Source of the DNA: Eledone cirrhosa
Taxonomy: Eukaryota
Reading direction: 5' to 3'
Length of the DNA: 64,000 bases
NCBI GenBank assembly: GCA_964016885.1
Contig: OZ024743.1
Coordinates: 77,872,001-77,936,000 of the forward strand
The translations under genes and the position numbers were made by a program. This document shows positions 37,001-49,030 of this stretch, one piece after another; the first letter of the stretch is position 1; each line of letters opens with the position of its first letter. The notes beneath the pieces were generated by a model. It did no database searches. It saw only the letters and a list, made by a program, of their open reading frames with translations, and had not been told where the DNA came from.

Positions 37001-39555
37001 TGGGGCGTATAACCATTGAGAGGACGTAGGAGATCCTGTAGTTGCTAGCTATATTTGCTCCGCATACAGGTCTTGTTGGTGGTCCTGTTGTCGGTCGTCG
37101 ACTGTCTTGTGGTCTTTGCGGAGCCCATACAAGGGTGGTATGCCATTGTTGAACGCCTGTATGCGGAGCAAATATAGCTAGCAACTACAGGATCTCCTAC
37201 TTCCTCTCAATGGTTATACGCCCCATAATCAAGATGCCCCCAGATGTATGTGACAGTACAGAGGACCTCCTCAGCAGAATCAGTGAGTGCAACAAAAACA
37301 GGAACCTATCCAACTGCATAATAGGCAGTATGGATGTGGTATCACTGTACCCATCCATTCACATTGATTTTGCTGTGGAAAAATGTGTGGAGATCATCAT
37401 TGAGAGTGAGGTGGAGTTCTGCGACGTCGACACAGACGAACTGGGCCTTCTACTTAGACTTACCTACAACACTGACCACCTAGACAGCCATGACCTTAGA
37501 CGTTTCTGCCCCAGTAGACCCATAAGAGGTAGACCCCCCACCATAACTTCAATGGCAAAAAAGACTCCCATGGGAAGGTGGATTGGGTGGACCAAAGCTA
37601 TACGGACCCCCCAAAACAATGATCAGGTAAGAAAAATGGTCGCACATGCAATAGGGGCTAGTATCAAAACTACTCTAAAGGGCCACATATTCAAGTTCAA
37701 CGAGAAGATCTACACCCAAAATGAGGGAGCAGCCATTGGCGTCAGCATAGCTGGTGACGTTGCCAACCTTTTTATGGTATGGTGGGAAAGGAGACTCAAA
37801 GATCTCCTTGATGAGAGCTCCATAGACCTCATCATGTACTCTCGTTACGTAGACGACATCAATATAATAATAAGGACATCCCCACAAGAGAGCACTAACA
37901 AGTTTGATTTATAACGTAGCACAATGGAAAGCATCCAGCAGATAGCTAATTCCATACACCAGAGTATAACTGTAACTATCGACTACCCTTCCAAACACCC
38001 TAACAATAGACTACCTGTATTAGACACCGAACTCTGGATTAACGCTATAGACGAGAGAGCCCAAATTCTCCACTCACACTATGCTAAACACATGGCCTCC
38101 AAATACCTGATACTCAAAAACTCAGCAATGTCCAGTAGTGTTAAGTTTAATATTCTGATCGCAGACTTGGTACGAGTGATGAAGAACGTGTCCCGTATGT
38201 GCGACCCAACAGAAATGGAAAGACACATCCAACACTTCATCAACCGCATGAAGTTCTCTTGCTACAAGAGACAGAATCAGAGTATACGAAGGAGCCACGG
38301 AGAAGTATAAGACCCTCATAGAACTGGACATGAAAGGAATTTGCCCATTATACAGGAGCAAATCATGGAATAGCTTAGATAGGACTAGACATAAGATAGG
38401 GAAAGCCACCTCATGGTACGACAACCAGAGATACCAGAGTGTCATGTTTGTGGACGCTACCCCTGGAGGGAAATTAGCTAACCAGTGTAGAAAGGCCCTG
38501 AGAAAGACCCACTTAAAGATTAAGGTGGTAGAAAAGCCAGGAACCACAATAAAATCCCTGATCAGCAAAACCTACCCTTTTAAGAAAACCCACTGTACTA
38601 ATAGGAAATGTATTATATGTAGAGTAAACCCCCGGATAAACTGTAAAACTAGAAACGTAGTCTATAGCATAAGATGTACAGAGGGTACTTGCAGAAACAT
38701 GACAACAACATACATAAGCGAGACAGCTCGTAGCATAGGTGAAAGGATAGACCAACACTGGGGGGAACTAAAAGGACGAAAAAACGGGTCAGTACTATAC
38801 GAACATGCCAGACAACAACACAACGGTAACATAGACAACATAGAAGTTAGAATAATATCTAAACATAGAAATGACCCAGCAGATAGGCAAATCAGAGAGG
38901 CCAGCGAAATAGAACTTAGAAGGCCAAGGCTAAACAGAAAAATGAATGGAATAACAACACCCAAACAAACAACACTGACCTAAGAGAAGTATAAATAGAT
39001 AAATAAATAAATAGATAAATACATACACAAGCACAATAACAACAAACACATATAAACACACACTAGTAAACTAAGATAGAATACATTAACCAATACACAG
39101 TCACCCAAACAAGAACACACATCAAACAAAACACTATACGCAAACGCATGCGCAGAAAAGACAAAAAAAAATGAATAAATAAAATAAATAAATAAACAGA
39201 CTAAATAAAGATGGCGTAAGCATACAATGCAACGGGAGGAAACATAAAAGCAACACTGACGATGTTGCAGATGTGCAACGAAAGAACTTTGATAGACTAT
39301 ATATATGTGTTTGTGTCTATATTGTATCTGTATTTATGACCGTTGGTCAGTCAATGGCAACATTGAGAACCGAATAAATTAAATTAACCGATATAAAAGA
39401 CACAGAAGCGAAAACCAACCAAACAGTGAGTGTGTTCTGTTATTAATTCTGGCAATATTACACCAATATGACCCTCCCCAAGTATAACAATATATATATT
39501 GGCGTCAGCATAGCTGGTGACGTTGCCAACCTTTTTATGGTATGGTGGGAAGGGA
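37000..39555 (+). mobile_element. Penelope-like element (Naiad-like), 5'-inverted and truncated, decayed RT + GIY-YIG, terminal repeat with hammerhead
   Basis: ORFs 37210, 37924 and 38330: GSMDVVSLYPSI, a long insertion before GAAIGVSIAGDVANLFM, YSRYVDD, LPVLDTELW, and NVVYSIRC..YISETARSIGERIDQH. Colinear with 50192-52336. The clade call comes from recalled motif architecture. Confidence 0.9.
39252..39293 (+). ncRNA. Minimal type I hammerhead in the PLE terminal repeat
   Basis: AACA-CTGACGA-T-GTTGCA-GATG-TGCAAC-GAAA-GAAC-TT-TGAT. Confidence 0.78.
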
Positions 39556-39661
39556 GATATATTCGTGTACAGATATTTTTGCCTACACAATAACAAAATA
39601 TAAACAAACGTATTTATTTCACGAGGCTCGATAAGGATAAATATATATCAAATATATAAGA

Positions 39662-39692
39662 ACCCTAGAGCAACGCAGTGCCATTCTGCTAG
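39662..39692 (+). mobile_element. Helitron-like 3' terminus
   Basis: CCCTAGAGCAACGCAGTGCCATTCTGCTAG|T is similar to the reverse complement of 32585-32615. Confidence 0.45.
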
Positions 39693-39792
39693 TATATATA
39701 TATAATAGCCTACTGCAGGACATGTCTACAATTCAGACGTAAACAAGATATAATTTTTTTTATTTAATGTTGTTGCTGTTGTTGTTTTACAG

Positions 39793-40007
39793 GATGGTGA
39801 TGAGTATGCTGTACTATGGAACAACAATTAATGCTGTTGACATGGCCGGAAACCAATACATAAACTTCCTGCTGATGGTGGCAGTGGAAATACCATGCTA
39901 TTTATGTAGTTACTTTTTATTTAAATGTATTGACCATCGAAAACCCATTAGTTTTTTCATGATGTTTAGTGGATTAAACTGCATCATCTCTAATTTTGTA
40001 CCCAAAG
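39793..40007 (+). CDS. SLC22-family organic cation transporter-like, internal exon (TM7-TM9)
   Basis: Acceptor ttttacag|G and donor G|gtaata. Encodes MVMSMLYYGTTINAVDMAGNQYINFLLMVAVEIPCY...IDHRKP...SNFVPK, matching the SLC22 YYGL..GN.Y.NF...VE.P pattern. Confidence 0.9.
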
Positions 40008-40914
40008 GTAATATATATATACATAAATACATATATGTCTGTGTGTGCATGCAGGATATCCATATATAAAAGGCCAATGAAAATAATGCTCTATTTATTT
40101 GGAAGACAGCTTATGTAGGATAATTAAAATGTAATACATTTAACATATATGCACGACCTTAGGTTTCAGGGCCACTACTGTATAATGGAGGAGCTATATA
40201 GCTACTGTATACAGCTACTGTATAATGGAGGAGCTATATAGTTTTAATACAGTGGAGGGCTCGTTTTCGAGAACAAGGGAAGTAATTCCAGAGTTCTGAA
40301 TTTCTCTTTGAAATGTGTGTGTGTAATATGAGCATAACTTAATTTATAAGCTAATCTGTATGTATGTATATGTGAGTAACTTGAGTTGTAAGCTAATTAT
40401 CTAAAGAAAATTTAAACACTTTAAAGGAGTTAGTTACAAACAGAGATTGTAGATTGTTTGCCCTTGAGGGGCCAATGTCAATATCTTCTGATGGAATATA
40501 TTTACATCTGTGTAATCTAGCGGGCAAGTTATTTTGCAAATATCTAAGTCCCTTTTAAAAACTTCGCAATAATTAAAATCTAAACACACAAAAAATGTTT
40601 AATTGTATGTGTGTTAATTAGCGTGCAATGTGATTTTGTAAGGCTGAAACCTCTTTTAACATTCTATCATGTTGTGTGTATGTGTATATGTGTATGTGGA
40701 TGTAATGTGTTTAATTTTTTGTGACAGAGAGGAATTGGATCATGGAGGATTTAGCAGGTCAGATGAGGAAGTGGGGCGGGGGGGGGGGGGGGGGGGCATC
40801 TTGTAGTGTAAGTTTTACCTATTAGATATTCACCTGTAATGTAATGTATATATGAGGAGAAGGAGAAGGACTGAAGCATCTGCTGCAATATCTTTTGATT
40901 TAATTATGTTTTAG

Positions 40915-41023
40915 GTTCATACTGGTTTCCTCTGATCCTGGTTATTCTGGGAAAATTTGGAATCTCTGCAGCTTTTGGTTCAATTTATCTGTTAACAGCA
41001 GAAATATTTCCAACAGTAGTTCG
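40915..41023 (+). CDS. SLC22-like transporter, 109-bp exon (TM10); missed by the ORF track
   Basis: ttttag|GT...TCG|gtaagt. Encodes GSYWFPLILVILGKFGISAAFGSIYLLTAEIFPTVVR with the E.FPT..R motif. Phases fit both neighbouring exons. Confidence 0.93.
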
Positions 41024-41094
41024 GTAAGTTTTGTTGAGACATCTTTGTAAAAATCCAAGAATTTTTGATTTGCCAAAGTCCATAAAGTAACAGA

Positions 41095-41690
41095 TAGAAT
41101 GAGGTGTATATATTGAGGTGTGTAGATTGTAGTATATATGATGTGGTGGGTAGATTAATGTGTGTATATATTGAGGTGTGTAGATTGTAGAATATATGAT
41201 GTGATGCGTAGATTAATGTGTGTATACATTGAGGTGTGTAGATTGTGGCTTATAGAATGAGGTGTATATAATATGTTGTGTAAATAGTTGTATACATAAT
41301 GAAGTGTGGAGATTGTGGTGTGTTGAATGAGGTCTATATAATGTGGTGTGTAAATAGTCATGTACATAATGTGGTGTGTAGATTAATGTGTGTATATAAT
41401 GAGATGTGTAGATTGTAGTATATATGATGTGGTGGGTAGATTAATGTGTGTATATATTGAGGTGTGTAGATTGTGGTTTATAGAATGAGGTGTATATAAT
41501 GTGGTGTGTAAATAGTTGTATACATAATGAAGTGTGTTGAATGAGGTCTATATAATGTGGTGTGTAAATAGTCATGTACATAATGTGGTGTGTAGACAGA
41601 AGAATATATAATGCGTTGTATTGATTGTAGTGTGTAGATTGATGTGTATAGAGTGAGGTGTGTAGAATGAGGTGTATACAATGTATGTAG
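41095..41690. repeat. Degenerate intronic minisatellite (GAGGTGTGTAGATTG / ATGTGGTGTGTA modules)
   Basis: Seen directly in the sequence. Confidence 0.85.
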
Positions 41691-41726
41691 AAGAGATATT
41701 CCGTTGATCAGAAGTAATGAAAGTTT

Positions 41727-42045
41727 CACCACCATCATCATCATCGTTTAACATCTATCTTTCACGCTAGTATGGATTTAGACGGAAATTGTCCCACTTG
41801 AGGCAAGATTGGTCGGGTGACTGTGTCTCACTCGTATAGGACTGTCTGGCAGGTTTTCTATGGCTGGATACCCTTCCTAACACCAACCACGTTTACAGTG
41901 TGGACTGGGAGGTTTTTACCATGTTACCTACACGGCCACATTACAGTGTGGACTGTGTTTTTTTGTCATGACACCTACACGACCTCATTTATTTTGGACT
42001 GGATATTGTCGTACCAACATAACTTTACAGAGAAAGGGTGGTGTC
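41727..42045 (-). mobile_element. RTE 3' UTR fragment in the SLC22 intron
   Basis: Colinear with 30011-30320, with a (CAT)n tail. Confidence 0.85.
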
Positions 42046-42136
42046 AGATATATAATTGAAATACTTAAAACAAACACATATTAGTCAAATTCTAACAGAA
42101 ATATATGTAAAGTAACAAATTGTTTTTCTTTTTCAG

Positions 42137-42323
42137 AACAAATGGTTTAGGCATATCTTCTGTGTGTGCTCGTATCGGTGGTATCTGTGCCCCTTTGATA
42201 CTTCAACTATCATTGTCTATCTATGGTCTTTTGTCTGTGATATCTGGTTTATTGTTGCTACTACTACCAGATACGAAAGATAAAGATTTACCTCAAACAC
42301 TTGAAGATTTAAACAGAATATAA
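42137..42323 (+). CDS. SLC22-like transporter, terminal coding exon (TM11-TM12, stop)
   Basis: tttttcag|A. Encodes (R)TNGLGISSVCARIGGICAPLI...LLLPDTKDKDLPQTLEDLNRI*, matching the R.G..AP and LPET..LP.T.ED motifs. AATAAA follows at ~42460, 42484 and 42658. Confidence 0.92.
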
Positions 42324-42769
42324 TGTATGTAAATGAAATGTCATGATAAAAAAAGAAGAGCAATATTCTCTTGAATATATTAAAAAATCCCAGTTTTTAT
42401 AAATTCATAAATACTTATATTTTATCTCCATATAAAAACCAATGTCTGTGTCTCTAGGAAATAAATACTGGTAAACAAAATTAAATAAAATTCACATTCA
42501 AATATGTTAATGTGAGTTCATACTCATACATTATATATGTTACAAGCATTGTGCAAAGCTTATGTATTGTACAGAATACATAATGTCTGGACATTCCCTC
42601 TGGTAACATATATATTAGCAGAAATTTTCCTGGAAGGCAGGTGCTGTTCCTACTTTTAATAAATAAGTTTTGAAAGCAAAATTAAATGAGCTCATTTTAA
42701 TATTTGTATTTGAAATATCTTATGAACAATTTCCATTCCAAGCAAACATAAACATATATATATATATAC

Positions 42770-45434
42770 CCGTAGTGGTGAATGTACCGCCCATCATAAC
42801 CTAGTTCTCAGCGACTTCACTGTCAGAACTGGACAAACTTGGAAACAGAAGGCAACCTGGAGGAGAAAGATCTGGAAGCTGAAAGACCCCTCAGCCAGTA
42901 ACAGATTTAAAGATATTTTACTCGACGCCTATGACAGTAAAGAAGAACAGATACAGACATTCAATGTAAACTAGCACTGGGTGTTCCTAAAAAATAGCTT
43001 ACTAAAGGCAACGGATGAGATCTGTGGTTGGACCACAGGCAGGAAGAGAGTGACTTGGTGGTGGAACAATAAGGTAAATGAGGAAGTTAAAGCAAAGAGA
43101 CAGGCATGGAAAGAATGGAAGAAGGAGGGAAGAAGGGTACATTACATAGAGACCAGGAGGGAAGCTAGGCGATAAGTATACTTAGCTAGAAGGGAAGTGG
43201 AGGATAGAAAAGTCAAGCATGTTTTGCAACGTGAGGACCAGAAACAGGTGTTCAAGGTTGCGAGGCATTGTGTCAGAGAGAATTGTGATGTCATTGGAGA
43301 GAAGTGTATCCGGAATGATAAAGGTGAGCTTGCCCTCACAAATGCTGAGAAGAAAGATGGGTGAAAGAGCCATTATGAAAGATTACTAAATGAGGAGAAT
43401 GCATGGGAAAAAAAGACCCTACCCCAAGTAGACCCTATGGAGGGGCCAGCAGTACAAGTCAGCAGCAATGTAGTAAGTAAGGCAATCAAGGATATGAAGA
43501 CTGGGAAAGCAACCGGTCCATCGGGTATAGCTGCCGAGATGCTGAAGGCATCTGGGTTGGTAGGTCACACCTTAACCACACGTATTGTTAACCAGGTAAA
43601 ACTAGAGGGTGTCATACCAAAGAATTGGTGCAGCAGCATCATTGTAAACTGCTACAAGGGTAAAGGTGATGCACTAGATAGAGGAAACTATAGAGATATA
43701 ATGCTGATGGACCAGGTCATGAAAGTAACGGAAAGAGTTATAGCACAGTTGATTAGGGACCAGGTGAAACTAGATGAGATGCAATTTGGGTTTGTGCCAG
43801 GAAAATGCACCACTGATGCGGCGCTATTCCTTGTGAGGTAGTTACAGGAAAAGTACCTAGCTAAAAGTAAGCCGCTCTACCTGGCATTCGTCGATCTGGT
43901 GAAAGCCTTTGACAGAGTTCTCCATGCTATAATTTGGTGGGCTCTTAGAAAACTAGGCGTAGATGAATGGCTTGTGAAGGCTGTACAAGCCATGTATAGG
44001 GGAGTAGTCAGAAAAGTTAGGATTAGCAATGACTATAGCGAGGAGTTTAGCATACAGGTTGGTGTCCACCAGGGCTCTGTTCTTAACCCTCTCCTGTTCA
44101 TAATAGTTTTGCAGGCAATAACGGAGGAGTTTAAGACAGGATGCCCATGGGAATTTCTGTATGTGGATGACCTCGCACATATAGCTGAATCTATGGTAGA
44201 ACTAGAGAAGAAATTCCAAACATGGCAGCAGGAACTAGAAAGAAAGGGTCTTAAAGTCAACCTGACAAAGACTAAGGTCGTTGTAAGTAGACGAGAAAAC
44301 AGAACCCAGATCCCCTCAGGGAAATGGCCTTGCTCAGTATGTAGGAAAGGTGTAGGTAGAAACTCCATTCTCTGCTCCGAATGCAAACAATGGGTACACA
44401 AGAGATGTAGTGGAATCTCAGGAAGCTTAACTTAGAATGTAGGCTTCACATGTAGCAGCTGCACTGGGACAGCAAGCAAGAAACGGCCACAGGAAACAAG
44501 CACCACCAAACTCTGGGAGGGCTCTGTAGAAACAGTAGACGGCTTTTGTTACCTAGGTGACCAAATTAGCAGCGGAGGTGGGTGTTCGGAAAGTACAATA
44601 ACTAGGGTAAGAACGGGATGGAAGAAGTTCAGGGAGCTACTGCCACTGCTAGCTGCAAAAGGCTTTTCCCTCAAAATGAAAGGTAAACTGTATGATGCGT
44701 GTATATGAACAGCAATGTTACATGGTAGTGAGACCTGGGCGCTGTCTGTAGAAGACTAGCATAGATTAGAAAGAAACGAAGCTTGCATGCTCCGATGGAT
44801 ATGTAATAGTAATATACGCGAACGACAAAGCATAAACGAATTGAGAGAGAGACTGAGCATAAGAGGAATCAAATGCTGTGTGCAGGAGAGGAGATTGCAT
44901 TGGTATGGATATGTGATGTGTATGAAGGATGATAGCTGCATAAAAAGATGCAGAGCACTAGAAGTCGATGGAAGCCGCGGAGTAGGGAGACCCAAGAAGA
45001 CCTGGAATGAGGTGATAAAAGCCGACCTTTCCCAATTGCACCTCTCAAAGGTGATAACACACGACCGCGACCTCTGACTTCATGCAGTAATACAGAAGAC
45101 CCGACTTCCCACAGGAACAAACCGAGGCTGAAGCATATAGACAATATTCCCCCATCCCCTCCCACTGCAAAATGGTCGTGGAGGTGCCACGGAAAAAGAG
45201 CACCCAGCCCACACTATAAAGTGGACGTGTAGGCGCCATGGAAAAAAAGCACCCAGCACACACTGTAAATGAGGCTGGTGTTAAGAAGGGCATCCAGCTG
45301 TAGAAATCAAGCCAGAACCAGTTCCTGTATGAGCAAGACAAGATCAGCCGACCTGACACTACGCACAACAGGACAACCCGTTTTATCCATGCTAGCGTGG
45401 AAGAACAGACGTAAAAAGGTGATGATGATGATGA
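42770..45434 (+). mobile_element. RTE-clade LINE, 5'-truncated in the endonuclease region, with stops and frameshifts
   Basis: WWWNNKV, MKTGKATGPSGI, YKGKGDALDRGNYR, QFGFVPG, KAFDRV, GVHQGSVLNPLLF, LYVDDL, and a PHD-like CSVC..C..C..WVHKRC. The 3' UTR has two 48-bp units and a (GAT)n tail. Confidence 0.95.
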
Positions 45435-45446
45435 TATATATGTAGA

Positions 45447-45636
45447 TAGTCTGCTCCATCCAAAGCTTGACCACTTCTTGCACTTTATGTCTGTTCCTTC
45501 CTGACATGAGATCTCAAATAGCTTTTGAGTTCTGAAAGCCTGTGAAAGACCCATCCACAAACCATACAATGATGTCTCATTTCATTCATGTTTCCACTTT
45601 GGGTTTGCTTATTGTGTTTGTTCAAATGTCACTTCA

Positions 45637-45638
<2 letters not shown>
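45447..45638 (-). mobile_element. LINE C-terminal C2H2 zinc-finger remnant (duplicated at 57443-57633)
   Basis: HCMVCGWVFHRLSELKSYLRSH on the minus strand; homologous to 13325-13440. Confidence 0.6.
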
Positions 45639-45667
<29 letters not shown>

Positions 45668-45735
45668 TTCCTGATTATTACTGGAATTCTATAAGAATCC
45701 AACATTTATAATTTTCAACAGACAAAGGCGAGTGC

Positions 45736-45772
45736 TAAGCTCTGATGATTGCCAACAGTATGAAACAGCTTA
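45736..45772 (+). ncRNA. Hammerhead remnant lacking stem III, in a ~270-bp insert between TA tracts
   Basis: TAAGCT-CTGATGA-TTGC-CAACA-GTAT-GAAAC-AGCTTA. Stem I and the core are present; stem III appears deleted. Confidence 0.5.
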
Positions 45773-46004
45773 TCTCCCTTTGTTTGTTGAAAAGAGAAGT
45801 AAGCGACATAGTCACTACTTTAAAACAATAGCGTAAGGTCTTCAAAATATTTTTAATTAAGCATACAGTATATTGCCAAATATACTATATATATACATTC
45901 ATGTATACATCGCCATTTCAGAGCACCAATTCTAATATATATATATATATATATATATACTGATTAGGGATTGAATTAATTTATATGAGATGCAGTTATA
46001 TATA

Positions 46005-46987
46005 TCATCATCATCATCATCGTTTAACGTCCGTGTTCCACGCTTGCATGGGTTTGGACGGGGTTGTCCCACTTGAGGCAAGAGTGATTATCTTGCTCGC
46101 ATAGGACTATCTGGTGGGTTTTCTACAGCTGGATGCCCTTCCTAACACCAACCACATTTACAGTGTGGGGCTGGGAGGTTTTTACTGTGTTGCCTACACG
46201 GCCACATTACAGCGTGGACTGTGTGTTTTTTTTACGTGACACCTCCACGATCTCATTTGTTTCGGCCTGGATGTTGTGGCACCAACATAACTTTACATTG
46301 AAAGGGGTGGTGTGGATGGGGTGGGGGTGGTGGGACGGGGGTGTATTTTGTTAGAGATGCCTACTGACTGTAGTAGGTTTTACTTTGTGTTTAGGTGAGG
46401 CGGGTCTTCTCTATTACTGAGTACCGCCAAAGGTCTCGGTCCAGTGACATTGTCTTGGTGAGGTGTAAGTGTGTGAGGTCGGAATTTATCAGCTCGTCCC
46501 AGGTTTTTCTGGGTCTGCCTATTCCGTGGCTACCGTCTATCTTTATTGCCCTGCACTTTGTTATACAGCTATCGTCCTTCATGCGCATCACGTGACCATA
46601 CCAACGTAGCCTTCTCTTGAGTAAACAACATCTGATCCCTCTTATTTCTAATTTTTTCCTTAGTTCGTTTATGCTTTGCCGTTCACGTATATTACTATTA
46701 CACATCCAGCGGAACATGCAAGCTTCGTTTCTCTCTAATCTGCGTATATCCTCTGCACACAATGCCCAGGTTTCACTGCCATGCAACATTGCTGTTCGTA
46801 TGCAGGCATCGTACAACCTGCCTTTCATTTTTAGGGAGAACCCTTTAGCGGCTAATAGTGGTATAAGCTCTCTGAACTTTTTCCATCCAGTTCTGACTCT
46901 AGCTACTGTACTTTCAGAGCACCCTCCCCCACTGCTGATTTTGTCACTCAGGTAACGGAAGCTGTCCACTATTTCTATAGAACCCTC

Positions 46988-46990
<3 letters not shown>
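46005..46990 (-). mobile_element. RTE LINE 3' end, same subfamily as 30011-30816
   Basis: ORF 46391-46990: EIVDSFRYL..ARVRTGWKKFREL..LHGSETW. (CAT)n tail and TA flanks. Confidence 0.92.
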
Positions 46991-47018
<28 letters not shown>

Positions 47019-47671
47019 GGTAAAACATTGATGTAATTCAATTCGAGAACTCAACAGGGGAACAGGCATTCGCTTCATGAATATCGTGTTTGTCCGTTCC
47101 CTTGTCACATCAATTTTGGAATACCTCCTGATTGTAACCTTATCATGTAAGAAGCTGTCTGATGAGATCATGGCACTGGGTACTACGCAGAATCGCTTGG
47201 CCACTGTCGTCATCAAAATATGTATTACGCCCTTATCAATAAAGGACTTTGACATCTAAACTACTTTGTATTTCCTTATTCTCTCTCTCTATATATAAAT
47301 AAAAGTTATCAAGGAAAAAGGACAGCAGAACAATACTTTACAATGATGATGGATATTAATTTAATGCTTGATATAGGAATAAAGGCAATGTTTGGACATT
47401 AGTCTTTCATTGGAGGATAAAATGAAAGAGGGAAAAAGAAATAGGATAGAGTGACTGTTGTGAACACAAAGTCCCTCCTTAGTAGTTAGCAACCTTATAG
47501 TCTGGGCTAGAAGAACCCAGCAACAAGAGTTCCTGAAAGATATCCTACTGAAGACGACAAATGAAATCTGCAGTTGGAAAATATCTATCGGAGGAAGGAG
47601 AATGTCTTGGTGGTGGAACAGTAAGGTAGATGAGACAATTAAGGCCAAAAGATAGGTTTGGAAGAACTAAT

Positions 47672-47790
47672 AAAGATCTTTCTCTCCCTTATTAAGAAGC
47701 ATTTCCCCTGAGCACATAAATATAATAAAATGTTTAATAGAAATACCATTAAAATATCTTACTCCACGACTCCTAACTTTGCACATAACA
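47672..47790 (+). mobile_element. PLE linker fragment
   Basis: LIKKHFP*AHKYNKMFNRNTIKISYSTTPN resembles the PLE KIFNRNT.K.SYS..PN motif. Confidence 0.6.
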
Positions 47791-48824
47791 TCATAACATC
47801 ACTGCTTCAAATTTAGCTAAATTACCTAGGGCGTTTTGGAGCAAAGGGGCGTTTGAAGTTTTGTGGGGTGCTAAGGGGGCACTGGAAGGCTATTTACTTA
47901 GGTAAGTTTTATAAGCCATATTCGTACGTCTCTGAGACAGCCAGTATGAATGCATTTGAACGAAGAAAACGAAGAAAATTAATAAAAGAAGCTTGTCAAC
48001 GAATTCCCTAGGGAAATAAACGAAAGAAATCAAAGAAAATGAGCATATTTGCATGTTCAACTTTGACTACAGCTACAAAAACAACAGAAACGACGGAAAA
48101 AGAAGCAGGGGATGAAAGGTGTGGGTGTATACTTACAATCATTCACACACATGCATACGTACATACATACATACTTACATACATACATGGTGGCTGCCAA
48201 CTCGTTTTCGAGTACGGCCACTACTTTATATCCATGTAGGAGAACTCCTACCGATGCGCTGAACGAGTGTGACTTTTTAGTCCAGCCAGCGACTTGAAAA
48301 CTCTGGTACAAACACTACACTTGTGACAATTATTGACAAATAGTGCTGGGCCCATGGTACCATGTGACGACAAGTGCAGAGAGATCTCCAGATATAAAGC
48401 AATGCCTGTGCCGTAGAGCTTTTATAGTGAGCAAAGGCACTGCACAAAGCCAGTCCCACTCTCTTAACCAAGATGATATTTACCAAAAAGAAGAACAAGT
48501 CAACATCATTGGATACCATCAGGGTTACAGAATTCTAGGAGAAGGAAAACTCTGATATAACATACATACATACATACATACATACATACATACATACACA
48601 TATATACACACACAGGCCGGCGTTGGTGTTTGATGAGGTTGAGACCCTGGTCAGCTTTCAGCCAGAGCTGTGGTATTTAATCTCCCTAGGTAATAAAATC
48701 TGGAGGCAAAATTCTCTCCTTGCCAAAAAAAACAAACATAAATCATGTCACCATCCTTACACACTTAAATATAAATGCATGTATATATATACAAATGTAT
48801 AACTGCATAGCTATATACATACAG

Positions 48825-49030
48825 TATCGGAGCCACGACCCTCACCCGAGAACAGCTCGACTCTTTTCTATTCTTCTTCTGCTACTTTTACCCCTCCCTC
48901 CACTTCACCACCTTTATCTCCACCACCCACGTTCACTTCTTGGACATCTCCGTCGCCATCAACCCCTCCCATCACTCCCTCGTCACCTATACCTTCTTCA
49001 AACCTACCGACTCCCACCTCGACTTCATTG
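48825..49030 (+). mobile_element. PLE RT fragment between TA-rich tracts
   Basis: QLDSFL...PSLHFTTFISTTHVHFLDISVAIN...TFFKPTDSH (RT motifs 6-7 and thumb; compare FLDI..FYKPTDSK at ~17610-17680). Confidence 0.75.

Noticed and set aside
38570-38720. Selenocysteine (in-frame TGA) recoding, as reported for some Naiad PLEs
   Set aside because: The Cys positions in the zinc-finger/GIY-YIG region are TGT/TGC here, and no in-frame TGA replaces them in the sister element at 50450-50560. The interruptions are frameshifts or TAA/TAG.
40778-40796. Poly-G run as a functional G-quadruplex
   Set aside because: It is a simple intronic homopolymer with no further support, and its length is error-prone.
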